DNA of 64,000 nt from Eledone cirrhosa (GCA_964016885.1 OZ024740.1:355198001-355262000); one strand, 5' to 3'. Counted from the first letter of the stretch, positions 1 to 13,042 are shown. Notes: a model not told the origin generated them from the sequence alone. Program-made: numbers and translations.

Positions 1-115
1 GGGATACAAACCAACACCAAAACGAGGTCAGCGGATGTCAAACTTAAAATGAAATATATTGTTGGTGTTTTTGATTTCACCCAAATAATAAGACCCAAAA
101 TAGTCGCCATATTAC
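1..115 (-). CDS. Class A GPCR, coding exon 5 (end of TM1, ICL1, TM2); runs off the left edge of the window
   Basis: Acceptor ttattgacag at 116-125. Phase-1 translation (G)NMATILGLIIWVKSKTPTIYFILSLTSADLVLVLVCIP gives the TM1 GN motif and the TM2 LxxxD...C(I)P motif typical of peptide-type rhodopsin GPCRs. Confidence 0.9.
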
Positions 116-398
116 CTGTCAATAAGAAGAATTGATTATTAAAATATTTATATTGTTGATAATATCAATATTCATAAAAAGAATCTAGGAACTTACAGAT
201 ATGTTTGGCCGCGCTCAAGGAAATGGTTATAAAAGCACCTTAATGTTTTAGAGGCTAGTACTTAGATAGAAGATAGAAAAAAGTAGAAAAAAGATGTTTG
301 AGAGAGAGAGAGAGAGAGAGAGAAGCAAAAGGAAGACATTCGAGACTATAGAAACAGGAGAAGGGTAGAAAGGAGAAAAGCACTCGTTGTTAGCTATC

Positions 399-454
<56 letters not shown>

Positions 455-759
455 CTAACGAAGCATTGGGAAAATTTGAAATGGTTGCATTCCAAAGCAA
501 ATGACCACAATAATAGTCGGTGACTATAATATTTGAAAACATTTGGTAGAGTACCTATAGAGAAAAGAACGTGGACAGGTGCGTCTGTGAGGAATCGAAA
601 CCTATATCTCTCGGACGCCGGCCGAGTGCATTTACCATTATGTAGTTTTAGAATATTTTAAGCCTGTAACTAATAGTGTAATTAAAGCGGTTGATTTAGG
701 AGCCATTGGGAAAATTTGAAATGTGTGCATCCTGCCATATAATAGCCAATCACTATAAA

Positions 760-1060
760 TAAAAGACCCCTTCAGTCATGAATGACCATGTGTTTCGCAC
801 CTAGAAAGTTCCCTTCAGAGGCCTAAGCTCGGGTAATGTGTTTTTGTGGAAGACAAGCAGTCGCCCATGCATACCAGCCCCTTCTCTCCACACCACCGAT
901 ATTGTCCAACGGAAAGGCAAAGGCAGATACAGCTAGGCTGCTAATGACGTCGTAACTAATCTCTACAGCTGAGTAAACTGAGGCAGCGTTAAACAAAGCG
1001 TCTTGCTCAAGGACACAACACATCACCCGGTCTGTTAATCAAACTCGCAACCTCACAGTT
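760..1060 (-). mobile_element. CORE-type tRNA-derived SINE (octopus-like family)
   Basis: Reverse complement contains the CORE-like tgttgtgtccttgagcaagac...ctcagctgtaga block and a LINE-like tail; family recognised from memory. Confidence 0.65.
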
Positions 1061-1171
1061 GTTCTACACCAAGAAGACGAGGTTATCAATTATGCTTCTT
1101 ACGGAATTTCATTTTTAATGGAATTTCATACTGAAAATGTCACTTAGATAAAAATTCAATCCAGAACTTAC

Positions 1172-1621
1172 CTATGAAACCAATTAGCAATAGGAAAGAA
1201 TATGAGCACATAGTGATAAGAAATTTCACGATATTATGTGGAGCTAATGGGTTCCCATATTCTTCTGTTAACTTCTTTATGTGCTCCATATTAGGGTTTT
1301 CAAAATTACAAGTACCATAACATTTGCAGACTACTTCTTTTAAATACTCAAACGAATATTTATAATCAAAGTTCCAGTTATTATATTCTTCGACAACCTT
1401 ACATATTTCAGACAAGGGGTTGATGTGTGAGGTGCTGTTTTCTTCTGTTGTTGCCACGTCTGATGCCGGATTTATAAAGGTGATTGTAGATGAAATATTT
1501 ATACTCTTGTTGCTGTTGTTGACAAGAAAGAAATTGAATTGTTCCGTTAATTTCTGAGATGATATCTCATATTCACTTCGGGTTGAATTTTCAAAAAGTA
1601 TTCTTTGGTCAGTATTGTTTA
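1172..1621 (-). CDS. Class A GPCR, coding exon 4 (N-glycosylated ectodomain plus most of TM1)
   Basis: Polypyrimidine acceptor tttttttccag and perfect donor AG|GTAAGT at 1171-1166; 450 nt, phase 1 to 1, open. It reads (V)NNTDQRILFENSTRS...CKCYGTCNF...FLITMCSYSFLLLIGFI(G) and joins exon 5 to make IGFIGN. The ORF track shows only part of it (1140-1457) and reads through the donor. Confidence 0.88.
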
Positions 1622-1944
1622 CTGGAAAAAAACCAAAAAAACAGAAAATTAAAATGACTTGACAATAGTCAGTCTACATTGTATACTTATAAAAATATGT
1701 ATAGTTACAAACTCTAATCCAAATATTGGTTTATTATTTCTGGCCCAGCCTCTTTCAATAATGATTCAGGAATGTTATGGTGCTAAAATATGACATACGG
1801 TGTGTTTTGGTCACTTTAAACTTGGTGAGGCCGATCTCCTCTACAGGTCTGAACACATCCGATTTCTTTCAGATAAGAGAGTGATAGAGAAGAAGTAAGA
1901 AAACGATAGAGGAAAAAAATCTACCATAGTACAATACTGGTACT

Positions 1945-2810
1945 TTTTTTTATCGAACTTGAAATGATGAAAAACTAAGTTTACCAGGGTCAGTTTTGAA
2001 CTCAGATCATAGAGGGCCGGAAAGAATACCGGAACTCATTCTACCCGACGTTCTAACGACTCTGACAATTTGCCACTCTATGTTTATAAATGTTTTAAAT
2101 ATTATAGACCATTGAGGAAATTTATCAGTTGTAAAATCTGCCCGACTGTCTGGCCGCTTCTAACTCTGTCATATACTAACATCATGTAAAAAAAAACGAA
2201 CCACGTAATTCACGATATCACCCTTTCCTTCCGAGTAAAATAGTTAACACGGAGATATAATTCAATGGATGTGTGGTGCATAGACATTTATAATAGGGGA
2301 ATGTCCCAATGGATTGCAGAGCTATATTCAAATCCTACCAAGAACACTCTTTATACAGCAAGAAGCAGTAATTGTCACAATAATAATTTCTATGTTGGCA
2401 AAATTGGTACAGCGTCAGATAAAATGCCATTGTGGAATTTGTTCTGGCTCCTTGCATTCTGAGTTCAAATCCATCTGAGGACAACTTTGCCTTTCAGCTT
2501 TCTGGTGTCGATAAAATAAAGTACCAGTCAAGTACTGGGGTTGATTTAATCCATTTTGCCCTTCCTCCCAATTTTTTTCTGGCCTTTTACCTAAATGAAA
2601 AATAAATTTAACTTTAACGTCAAGAAATTCAAGGCCAAGGAAAAATCTATTAGATCGACTCCAGTACTCGACCAGTACTTTATTCTATCGATCCCAAAAG
2701 AATGAAAGGCAGAGTTAACTATGGTGGGATTCGAACTCAGTATGTAAAGGGTCATAACTATACTGCAAGATATTTTGTCCAACGCTCTAACGATTCTGTC
2801 AACCAACAAC
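1945..2810. mobile_element. Cluster of three tRNA-SINE copies with the gcctttcatcc...gtcgataaaataaagtaccag central domain
   Basis: Copies at about 1945-2080 (-), 2395-2590 (+), 2630-2810 (-). B-box-like gagttcaaatccc; the central domain resembles the Meta/MESC SINE domain as recalled. The family recurs at least 15 times in the window. Confidence 0.75.
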
Positions 2811-3068
2811 GATATTTTAACCTATACTAAACATAATACTTATATCAAAGGGAAAGAATAGAATTTGACGAAAACAGCGATGGTTTGTGTAGAAAAAGAT
2901 TACAAAATGGAATTATTTTTTCGGCAGGAAGGTCACCAGGTTTGGGCAGACTAATTTTATTTCTCTCCGACAAAGCGTTCTGCCGGAAGCGTTAGATCTC
3001 TCATCTTCCTTACTGCAAAATGATTTATTCCATTTTGTTAACTTTCTATAGTACGGTGGTGGTACTCC

Positions 3069-3227
3069 CAGGGCCGTCTTAACAGCATTATAGGCCCCCG
3101 GGCAAAGCAGAGCACTGGGGCCCCTACCTACACAACCACTTACAGGAATAAAAATACAAATGGGCCCCCTATCCTCGTGGGGCCCCCGGGAAACTGCCCA
3201 GCGTGCCCATGCGTTAAGACGGCCCTG
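3069..3227. mobile_element. hAT-type MITE, young
   Basis: Perfect 15-bp TIRs cagggccgtcttaac / gttaagacggccctg and perfect 8-bp TSD ggtactcc (3061-3068, 3228-3235). Confidence 0.92.
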
Positions 3228-3744
3228 GGTACTCCAGCATGACCATAACCCATTGGCCGAAATAGGTAAAAGTGTATATATTTGATGATACCAAATCGAT
3301 AAATAGCAAAACAACAGTCCTGAGATAGTTGATGTGATTTCAGTATTTGTATTACATTATTAATGCCATTAACTCTACGTTATCATGTTCCCTCAAATGG
3401 AAATTCAATTGAAACCCAATACAGTTAACTGTCATTGTTTTTCCAGTGAACATTTGTGCGTGTCCCAATACGTGGTAACAAACATGGAAAGTATGGGATT
3501 ACAATAGTAACGCAATATAACAATACCAACATATATTAATAAATAGAATATTAAAACATAATTAAAACCAACAGTATAACATTGTAATGCAGACACTGTA
3601 ATAATATATCACAGTAGAAGCACAATACTAAGCAAAATGTTACAGTCATATAAATACAATGAGATGTTCAGTTATATATAGGATTGAACAAGCTTTGTGA
3701 TACTCCTGTGGGAATGGTGGTGGTGACGGTGGTGGAGGTGATGG

Positions 3745-4460
3745 TGGTACCGGTCGCCGTCGAGACCTCAGGTGTATTTGGACTCAGTAAAGCCGAGCTC
3801 CTCTGCAAGATCAGAACGTTGGCAGCCCGTCTGAGGAAGAATCCCCGCGATGTGAGGTGGCTGTTGCAGCGGGTGCTGCTGGCCATTGTTTGCGGGGCGC
3901 AGCTCCAACATAGCCGCGCCCTATGCCTAGAGCCCAACACCATCCCCCTTCCCCCTCCTAGTCTTCTGTGACCCTAGAGCCCTTGCCCTTCCCTTAATTT
4001 TCCATTTTTTAAATATCTGTTGTGTTGTTGTTATTTGAAAAAGATTTGTTTATGATTTTCTTGATTTTATAACTAAATATCTTAGAAGAAAAATTAATTG
4101 TGATATCTATCCTATGGTTGTCTGTCTGAATTAAAAAACAACAACAACTGTTCTTGACCCTAAAACCCGAGCACTGCTGCCCGTAATGCAGAGAGGTGGA
4201 AGATAGAGAAAAACGTGTACTTGACAACCCTCTTCCTTTTCGTGCCGGTCCCTTGTGAGACTTCTGGTGTCATCCGTCCCCGAATAGTTGTTTCCCTCCG
4301 CAAAATTACGAGGAGTTCATCTAGCCTGAAAAAGGAGCCTTGGCAGGTGTAATGGCTGATGCAGAGGGTTTCTCTGGTTATTGTTTGCCATCAGTCCACT
4401 TGCCGCAACTGTAATATACCACCTAGACTGGGGTGTAGAATCTGCCGCTCCATTCATCCG
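3745..4460 (+). mobile_element. CRE-clade (restriction-like endonuclease) non-LTR retrotransposon 3-prime fragments, partly inverted
   Basis: PVAVETSGVFG...KI...PRDVRWLLQRVLLAIVCG matches the CRE C-terminal P.A.ET.G..G...QRLS.A..RGNA pattern; related pieces at 4150-4460. Confidence 0.65.
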
Positions 4461-4870
4461 TCACCTTACGTCCATGATTTGTTTTTTCTTTTCTTTTTTT
4501 GTTGTTGTTGTAAACATTATATAATTTAATTGGAATGTATTGAATAAAATATACACACATTTTATTCGGTTTTGAATACAGTTTAATATGTACCAGGTGA
4601 TAGCAAATTGAGTAGCCTATATTTGGATGGTTAGGTGATGTGTTTTCTTTTGACAAAAACCCTGGTTGATCTCTTCTATACACAGGATAAGAGAGTCAAT
4701 ATAGTAGTAGTAGTAGTTGTTGTTGTAGCATTAGAACCTTTAACTCTTGATGGAGTCGTAGGGTTGTCGTCATAACATACAGCGTATCTTGAGCCATTAA
4801 ATCTGACGGATTCTATCTCTATCCTGATCGGAACATAGACGGATTCTTCCAGAGTTATATATATATATAT

Positions 4871-5460
4871 AGGTAAGTTATTCCGGGTTGAATCGGAGGT
4901 AACCACAGTAAGTAAGGTACTCAATACATAGCAGAGTATAAAAGTTTTAATATAGAAGAGATTCTACAGGACTAGAACTGTTTCATTCGTGAGAAATCAT
5001 CAGGAATATGACTGTCCAAGTAAATATGGTGGTATTTATATCTTTTCTGGTGGTAGGAGAGGGCGGGGAGTGGGATGGATGGAGGTCATTGGTTGAAAGA
5101 AAAGGGAAGTCGTTAAAAGCTAATTCTTTAAAGCTATAACTTATATTTAGAGTGTCAAAGGCAAGTATAGGCATACATTATAAACAAGTTCAAATTGGAG
5201 TGCCACACCTGATTTTAAAGTTTCTCTTAAGCTAACAATGCCTATATTTCAGGTGTCTATAAGGTGGTTGGAGGTCAGTCATGGATGATGGGTTTAAAGA
5301 AAGGGAAATTCTTTAAAAGCTAATTCTTTAAAGCTTTAGTTAGAGTGACAAAGGCAGAAAGAATTCTATAAACAAGTTCAAATTTTGGGTGCTTCGCCTT
5401 ATTGTCAAGTTTCTCTTAAGCTACATTTCAGGTGTCTACAAACACATTCACATACACACA
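4871..5460 (-). mobile_element. Penelope pseudo-LTR family A, partial tandem, with type I hammerhead at 4959-5009
   Basis: Near-identical to 10110-10345 and 26915-27164. It begins with the coding tail CRHLKCSL, has an internal duplication (about 5060-5260 vs 5270-5450) and is flanked by (TA)n. Confidence 0.8.
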
Positions 5461-5594
5461 GATAAATAAATATATATATATAGATATATAGATAAATACA
5501 TATATATATATATATACACACATATATATATATATATATACATACACATATACATACATATACATATATACATACATAAATACATATACACATA

Positions 5595-5625
<31 letters not shown>

Positions 5626-5627
5626 GT

Positions 5628-5694
<67 letters not shown>

Positions 5695-5725
5695 CATACA
5701 TATACATACATAAACACACATACAC

Positions 5726-5756
<31 letters not shown>

Positions 5757-5895
5757 CATATATATATATATATATAGACATACACACATACACATATATA
5801 CATATATATACATATACACACACATATACATATATATATATACATATATATATACATACATACAAACACATACATATATATATACATACATACAA

Positions 5896-5959
<64 letters not shown>

Positions 5960-5984
5960 ATATATATACATACATATATAAATT

Positions 5985-7570
5985 TTGAGTATAGCACAAG
6001 CCCAACGAGAAACTCGTGTATGTTAACGCCAAGTCAAACCACCCTAGATCCATAATTAAGGCCGTAGTGAAGAGTGTCTCGGACAGAATCTCCAGCCTGT
6101 CCACAAATAAGGAAATCTTCGATAGCATCGCAGAATATTACAACGCAGCTCTAAATAAGGCGCCGCATGGCCAAAATATATAATATAATCCGAGGTGCCA
6201 TGATGGGGATGGCCCACCGGACACCTCGACCTACGGTATCCGGGAGGGGGGGGGGGGGGGGGGGGGGGCTAACAATACAGGCAGAGTGGAAATAACTAAA
6301 CACCATGAGCCCGACACCACCACATTGGCGAGGGGGACGCGTACGCATAACCATGGGATGAAACCCAATACGAGTAGCGGTCTCAGGGGTGATACTAACC
6401 ACCTCGGGCCCGACGCCCCCAACCGCAAGACACGAATAGGGACTGGTGGAGGACCATCCCATTGTAGAGCTCCCAGCGTGGGAAACAACCACCCCACAGA
6501 TACGGGCTGGGAAGTTAGCAAAACACATAGCGCCCAAAGGGGAAGCAGCAATGCGGGAACCACTAGCAACCCAACAACTCCCCAACAACCCACACACATA
6601 AGAGTAGACGCAGAAAAATCACGTGGTACAACCCACCCTACTCAGCGGCTCTAAAGAACAGCTTGGCCTGCTCATTCTTTAGAGCACTAGATAAATGCTT
6701 CCCGCGGGACCATAGATACCGCAAGATCTTCAACAAACACACTGTGAAGCTCTCGTATTCTACCACACGAAATGTGGCCCAGCACATAGCTATCGTCAAT
6801 AGAGGTAGACTTAAAAACCACACACAACCAGATGCTGGCAATATAAGCACCCAGAAGAACCATGTGGAGGGAAAGAAGGGTGGACCCAGTGCCCACCCTG
6901 GAAACCCAAACAGACTCAGCCCCCCCCCCCCACCGGGCCCGGGTGAGGACCACCATATAATACGTAACGGGAACCCCACACTAGGCACGCGGAGGTCTAC
7001 TACCTCCTGCAACTGTAGAAACCCCGAATTATGCCCCCTTAGTAATGAATGCCTTAGGAAGAACTTAATATACGGATGTAGAGTAAAAAACCCCAACTCT
7101 GAACACCTTTACATAGGAGCCACATCAACGAGCTTTAAAGACCGATGGTATAACCATCGCCATTCCTTTATTAGGGAGGACAAAAGGAAAAGTACGGCTC
7201 TTTCCGAACTGATCTGGAAGCTCAAGCCGGACAGGACCCCGTACTCTCTGGCCTGGTCCAAAATCAGGAAAGTACCACTTGATAAAGGAGGATCTGGCAT
7301 CTGCAAACTATGTCTGAGCGAGACCCACGAGATACTCAGAGGTGGAAGCAGCCTGATAAACCTCATGACTGACTTCTTCGGGACATGTAGACACCTCAGG
7401 GCCGGTACCTTCCTTAAGCTATATGGACAGTAACAACACATTGGGATAGGAACTCCCCTCAAGCTATAGGGACTTCTCCGGGATATGTAGACACCTCAGG
7501 GCCGGGACCTTCCTCAAGCTATATGGACAATAACAACGCATTGGGATGGGAACTTCCCTCTAGCTATAAG
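5985..7570 (+). mobile_element. 5-prime-truncated Penelope-like element (RT thumb plus C-terminal GIY-YIG endonuclease), frameshifted
   Basis: HKPNE..YVN.KSNHP, WYNPPYS, KIFNKHTVKLSYSTT, CNCRNPELCPL...LIY...LYIGAT...FKDRWYNH...CKLCLSE...CRH. The CxCx5C linker and these motifs fit the Hydra-type PLE clade as recalled. About 100-bp tandem duplication at the 3-prime end (7371-7570); abuts (TA)n. Confidence 0.88.
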
Positions 7571-8358
7571 GGCAGCAGCCCCACCACACTGAGCCCTCGG
7601 TAAACCACCCCCTGCACAATCACCACCCCTACCCCTGTCTCGATCGACTCCTGTGACAACACATACTTATGCATATGTCCATACATAGATACTGTTATTT
7701 AAGATTGTACATGTACAGATACTTACATGTGTGTGTGTGTGTGTGTGCAAGGGTGTGTGTGTGTGTGTATGTGGGTGGGTGTGTGAGGGTTTATAATGTG
7801 TGTGTGTATGTGTGTGTGTGCATAGGGGATGCGCGTTGGCCTGTGCTTGTGCGTGTGTGCTTGGAACGATGTGAGTTGACATACACGCATATGTACTCGA
7901 TGCCGAAATAGGAACTATAGTCCTCTGCATTTCCGGATTTTAACACTCGGGTTCTGGTGTTTTACACTCCACCCTTGTCTCATTTTCTCTTAAAACGCTC
8001 CACACCATGATAGATTGTGATCCTTTGCACTTCTCGATTCTGACACACAACCTTTCTACTTCGGTCAATATCTTCCAAATCTTTCAAACTTTGAGATTGG
8101 TTATAACACACACGCATTTTATTTTATTCTTTTATTATCTTATTACTACAGGTGGTGAATTGGCAGTATCGGTAGAGGGTTAGTCTCTTCTGACCCCACC
8201 CACCCCAGGTGGTGTCCAGTTCATGGCAATCTTAGCAGGACAATTAACAGGGAGATGCAGGATGACCAGTAAATTGGATGCAGCAACTATTTCATTCAGT
8301 CTTCTTGACTTCATATGCCTCAAAACTTCATCATTCCTCACTATTCTTAACCCTTTAG

Positions 8359-8746
8359 CATTTACATTACTCTCTATATATATACTATTGTATTTTCACA
8401 GTAAAGGCTTAATCTCACATAACATTTACATTACTCTATATATATACTATTGTATTTTCACAGTAAAGGCTTAATCTCACATACCATTTACATTACTCTA
8501 TATATACTATTGTATTTTCACAGTAAAGGCTTAATCTCACATAACATTTACATTATATATATACTATTGTATTTTCACAGTAAAGGCTTAATCTGACATA
8601 CCATTTACATTACTCTATATATATACTATTGTATTTTCACAGTAAAGGCTTAATCTCACATACCATTTACATTACTCTATATATACTATTGTATTTTCAC
8701 AGTAAAGGCTTAATCTCACATAACATTTACATTACTCTATATATAT
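8359..8746 (+). repeat. Minisatellite, about 60-bp unit x6.5, derived from a piggyBac-like MITE end
   Basis: Unit catttacattactctatatatatactattgtattttcacagtaaaggcttaatctcacata(a/c). It is preceded by ttaa-ccctttagcatt, with a single-copy homolog at 31397-31625, and lies inside a split SINE (8150-8190 / 8748-8905). Confidence 0.9.
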
Positions 8747-9423
8747 ACGACGCCATGCTTTCCAGCATAGTTACTTCCCGTTACGATCTGAGTTCAAATC
8801 CCACCGAGGTTGACTTTGCCTTTCATCCTTACGGGGTCGATAAAATAAAGTACTAGTAATGCACTAGGTAATTGCTGGCTTTGTGCCTAAAGTAGAAACA
8901 ATTATTTTATTATTTTTTGGTTTATTTATTTATTTATTTTTTTAATTTTTATTTTCTTCATTTTATTGCCTTATATTCTTTTATTTCTCCATTTTACTTT
9001 ATCTTATTTCTTCATCTGTTTGGCACACCACCACCACCACTGGAAATGGTGGCAGGATAGATGCCCCCCCCCCCACACAAATTCTTCTAAACATAGCAGC
9101 AGCCGAACTAAAGCAGACTTGACTACTGACCCCCTAACACCAACAACACTACCAACACAAAGGAGGAGGTCAGCTGTACTTAACAAAAACAACCACAACA
9201 GATTGCCTTGCCTCAGAAAAATTTCTATATACTTTTGACTGAGGAATGTTCTCACAACTGACCAATGGGAGGAGAGAGTGACGCCGAAATTCGTTTGTTC
9301 GAATTCATATGATTCCAGTTCCTCAGAGAAATAACAACCCAACCAGGAACTGGGCATATCGGAGTATTGACGGAGTTAAACACTTCAACAACATGTGTAC
9401 CTGTTTCTACCAAACCAATTCGG

Positions 9424-9478
9424 ACTGCCTGAAGAGGTCACAGCCAAGGATGGCTGTCACCGAAATATATATAGCAGT
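9424..9478 (+). ncRNA. Minimal type I hammerhead ribozyme (Penelope pseudo-LTR type)
   Basis: Helix I actgc/gcagt; core CUGAAGA; helix II ggt(c)acagcca-agga-tggctgt(c)acc; GAAA; palindromic helix III tatata; cleavage triplet AUA; AATAAA follows. Confidence 0.8.
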
Positions 9479-9505
9479 ATACCTTTAATAAACGAAGCCA
9501 AATTT

Positions 9506-9553
<48 letters not shown>

Positions 9554-10180
9554 TATATATACTGAAATATCCACAGTGGGGTCTAGTCTGCATGAAGAAC
9601 TCAATGTAATCCATATGTTGAAAATGTTGTAGGTTAAAATAAATCCCGGAAAACAATAAAACATCAAAAGGAAAATAGAGTCATGATATTGACAGAGTCA
9701 AGTTAAAACAATGAAATAAAAATTCAAGTCATTAGAAATATACTTCACTGCTTTACGATCGTTTCTAGGTGATAATAATTGTTTCTACTTTAGGCACAAG
9801 GCCAGCAATTACCCAGTGCATTACTGGTACTTTATTTTATCGACCCTGTAAGGATGAAAGGCAAAGTTAACCTCGGCGGGATTTGAACTCAGAATGGTGA
9901 TAATAATACATCGTACGCATATTTCGTTATCGATCTATGAAGGGTTAGTTACAAAATATCAGATAAGGAATATATTTACTTACATGTATATCATCAGCCG
10001 TTGTCAAAAGCAATGAGAATTTTATTCAAAATCAATAGTAAATTGAGTTCTATGACCTTATTTGGAGGTAGCTGAAGAACAAACCAATCAAATTGTTTTT
10101 TTCCCATATATATTCCCTTTTCTTTCAACCAATGACCTCCACCCTTCCCACTCCCCACCCTCTCCTACCACCAGAAAAGA

Positions 10181-10212
10181 TATAAATACCACCATATTTA
10201 CTTGAACAGTCA
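10181..10212 (+). promoter_or_regulatory. Candidate TATA box and start site in pseudo-LTR A
   Basis: TATAAATA at 10181; the A of TCA lies 31 nt downstream (10212), the canonical TATA-initiator spacing. Confidence 0.4.
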
Positions 10213-10262
10213 GATTCCTGATGATTTCTCACGAATGAAACAGTTCTAGTCCTGTAGAATCT
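10212..10262 (+). ncRNA. Type I hammerhead ribozyme, family A, intact
   Basis: Helix I agattc/gaatct; CUGAUGA; helix II ttc-tcac-gaa; GAAA; helix III cag-ttctagtc-ctg; GUA triplet, cleavage predicted after 10256. Confidence 0.85.
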
Positions 10263-10392
10263 CTTCTATATTAAAACTGTTATACTCTGCTATGTATTGA
10301 GTACCTTACTTACTGTTGTTACCTCCGATTCAATCCGGAATAACTTATCTTTTAGCACACTTAGAGCCCCTTATAACCATCACCAAGAAACT

Positions 10393-12500
10393 ATGCTGAC
10401 CAAACTCGACCCTGATGTCTCCATGAAGAACATCCCCATCCTTCAAGGAAACTTTACCTAAAAACACTCATCAGACGTACCGACGAGTTCATCAAGCGAA
10501 TTAGATGGAGAGCCTTGTTCCTCGACAACCCCGATGTAGCATCTACCAATGATGAGAAGTTCGGTTTCAAAACGAATAAGGCACCACTCACCAACAGCCT
10601 ACTTGAACCATTTGAGGAAGACCTCTTCAAGATGATCAAAGATATCAAATTTCGTCGAGCCACTACACCATTCCAGGCCTACTTAAATACTGAATTGCGG
10701 AATATAAAAAATTTCCCCAATCTCCATGTCTCCTCCAATAAAACCAGAAACGTTTATGAGGTAGACCCACAGACCTATAATAAGCTGGCAAAAAATGTCA
10801 CCACGACCACCTACAAAAAGGTAAAAGAGATGGCATTGACTGAGACAAATGCGGCCGGAAAAGAAATCGCCAAGTCCCTTAAATTACACGACCGAACAGA
10901 CCCTTTAAGGGTAAAGACTCCGCACTTTACCCTGAAGGACCATAAGGGAAACTTCCTCAACAAACCATCAGTCAGACTTACAGCCCCACACGTTTGGACA
11001 TCGGTTCTATCAGCAAAAAGATCCTCGATAGAGTTCTACCATCATTGTGGGCTGCCTCACTACTCCCACTCTGGAGCAAAACATCTGAGGCAATATCTTG
11101 GTTCCAAGAATTGCCCGACAAACGCCACACTCGCTTCCTGAAACTCGACATAGAAAACTACTATACTTCTATCTCAGAGTCCCCCCCCCCCCGAAGGACG
11201 CACTTACTTTTGCCAGGAATTTTACCACCATAACCGACGCTGAGCAAGATGTTATCCTCCATGCCCGTATACCACGAGGGATGTTACTGGATCAACAAGA
11301 AGTCTCAGACCCCCTTTGACGTTAGCATAGGAGCGAGTGACTCGGCTGAAATAAGCGACATCGTGGGCCTGTACATTTTACATCACCTGAAGGACCTCTT
11401 TACTGGCCTCACCAGAGGTTTATACCGAGACGGCGGCCTCTTCGCCCTGCACAAGGTTAACCCCAGAACCACCGATGGGTTTCGGAGAAACTTAAGCTCG
11501 TTCTTCCGTAATCTAGAATTTAGTATAAATATAGAATCTAATATGACTAGGGCCAACTTTTTAGATGTCACTCTCGACCTAGATACTTCCCTCTATTATC
11601 CGTACCACAAACCTAACGAGTCCCTTAGATATATTAATGTTAATTCTAACCACCCCAAAAACATCACTGATGACTTAGTAAAAAGCATCTCAATTAGAAT
11701 CTCCGGCATCTCGTCCAATAAAGACATATTTAACGCTTCTACCTCCTACTACAATGACGCCCTCGCCCGCAGCGTATTTAAAGAAAAGATAACTTACCTA
11801 GAAACCACCGCAAGACTGCATAGGAGGAATAGGCATATGCAGATTAGCTGGTACAATAGAGAGGTCTCTACACCTATAGCTAGGACTTTCTTCACTTTGC
11901 TGAACACACACTTCCCCACACAACATAGGTACTACACCATATTCAATAAGAACACAATAAGACTTTCCTACTCCACTACACCTAACCTAGCTAGGAATAT
12001 AGCCAATCTCAATTCTAAAAAATTAAATAAGCCAACCACCTCCGAACCCAATCCCCGCACTGAAGCCTTGTGCAACTGCCTAAATAAGGAAGCCTGCCCA
12101 CTTGAAAACAAATGCCTGACAAATGACATCGTATATAAATGTCATGTCATCTCAGGCACCGTTGATAGCAACAACAAAAAGACTTACATCGGCATGACTT
12201 CCAATAATTTTAATACCCGGTGGTATGCCCATACCCACTCCTTAAGGAGACCGGACAAATCAAATCAGACAACACTCGCCTCCTTTGTTTGGGATCTCAA
12301 AAGTAACTCCACCCCCTTCACGCTTAAATGGAAAATACTCCAGAGAGCGCGCTCATACAACGGAGGACACAAGTGCTGCGACCTTTGTATCACAGATAGC
12401 TAGGAAATATTCGCCAAGGGCCCGCTACTGAACAAACTCTCTGAACACTGCCCGAATTGCATGCACAAAAACTTTGCAGCTTTCAAATACCTTAAGCTAG
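10393..12500 (+). pseudogene. Near full-length Penelope-like element ORF (RT plus GIY-YIG), disrupted
   Basis: SMKNIP...FIKRIRWRA, TLKDHK.NF.NKPSVRL, DIENYYTSI (motif A), LYRDGG (YRDD mutated), NFLDVTLDL, CNCLNKEACPL...TYIGMT...CDLC. Several frameshifts and a premature TAG at 12401. Confidence 0.92.
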
Positions 12501-12912
12501 TGTTAATGCCAGATGGCTAAAAATGATTCCCTCCTTTTTAAAAAAAAAAAAAAGAACCCACTCGATAAAATACTCCTTCTATCTCCTTCCCACCCTACTC
12601 CTACCCCCTCTCGACCCGAAACACGGCACTATGGTCATGTAAGTACTTCTTACCTATCTGCTTTTTCTGCATGTAGAGCTGTATATATATGTCTGTGTAT
12701 ATGTTATATTTATGAGTACATGTATGTATGTATTTGTATGAGTGGCCGTACGTATGTATGCGTATGTTTGTGTGTACGTGAGTTTATATGTACCTGCATA
12801 TGGGTATGTATGTGTATATTTGTATGTATATGTATATATATATACATTTATATGTGTATTTGTGTGTGTGTATGTATGTACATGTATGTATATGTGTATG
12901 TATATGTATTTT

Positions 12913-12959
<47 letters not shown>

Positions 12960-12967
12960 ACATATAT

Positions 12968-13013
<46 letters not shown>

Positions 13014-13042
13014 GTATATATATATATGTATACATATATGTA

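Larger units (their letters stand above)
10110..10345 (+). mobile_element. Penelope pseudo-LTR family A
   Basis: Homologous to 4871-5110 (-), 27070-27164 and 62812-62935; directly precedes a PLE ORF. Confidence 0.8.

Noticed and set aside
1140-1171. C-terminal anchor and stop (KFWIEFLSK*) of a single-pass protein
   Set aside because: A perfect GTAAGT donor at 1171 splices to the exon at 1-115 and produces GPCR TM1-TM2, so this stretch is intron.
7860-7925. Hammerhead in the tail of the first Penelope element (GAAA-tag-gaa-cta-UA-gtcc)
   Set aside because: The 3-prime half is plausible but no recognisable CUGAnGA box remains; too degenerate to call.
10393-12500. Selenocysteine-recoded (Naiad-type) Penelope ORF
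   Set aside because: The endonuclease is C-terminal, and the disruptions are frameshifts and a TAG rather than in-frame TGA at Cys positions.
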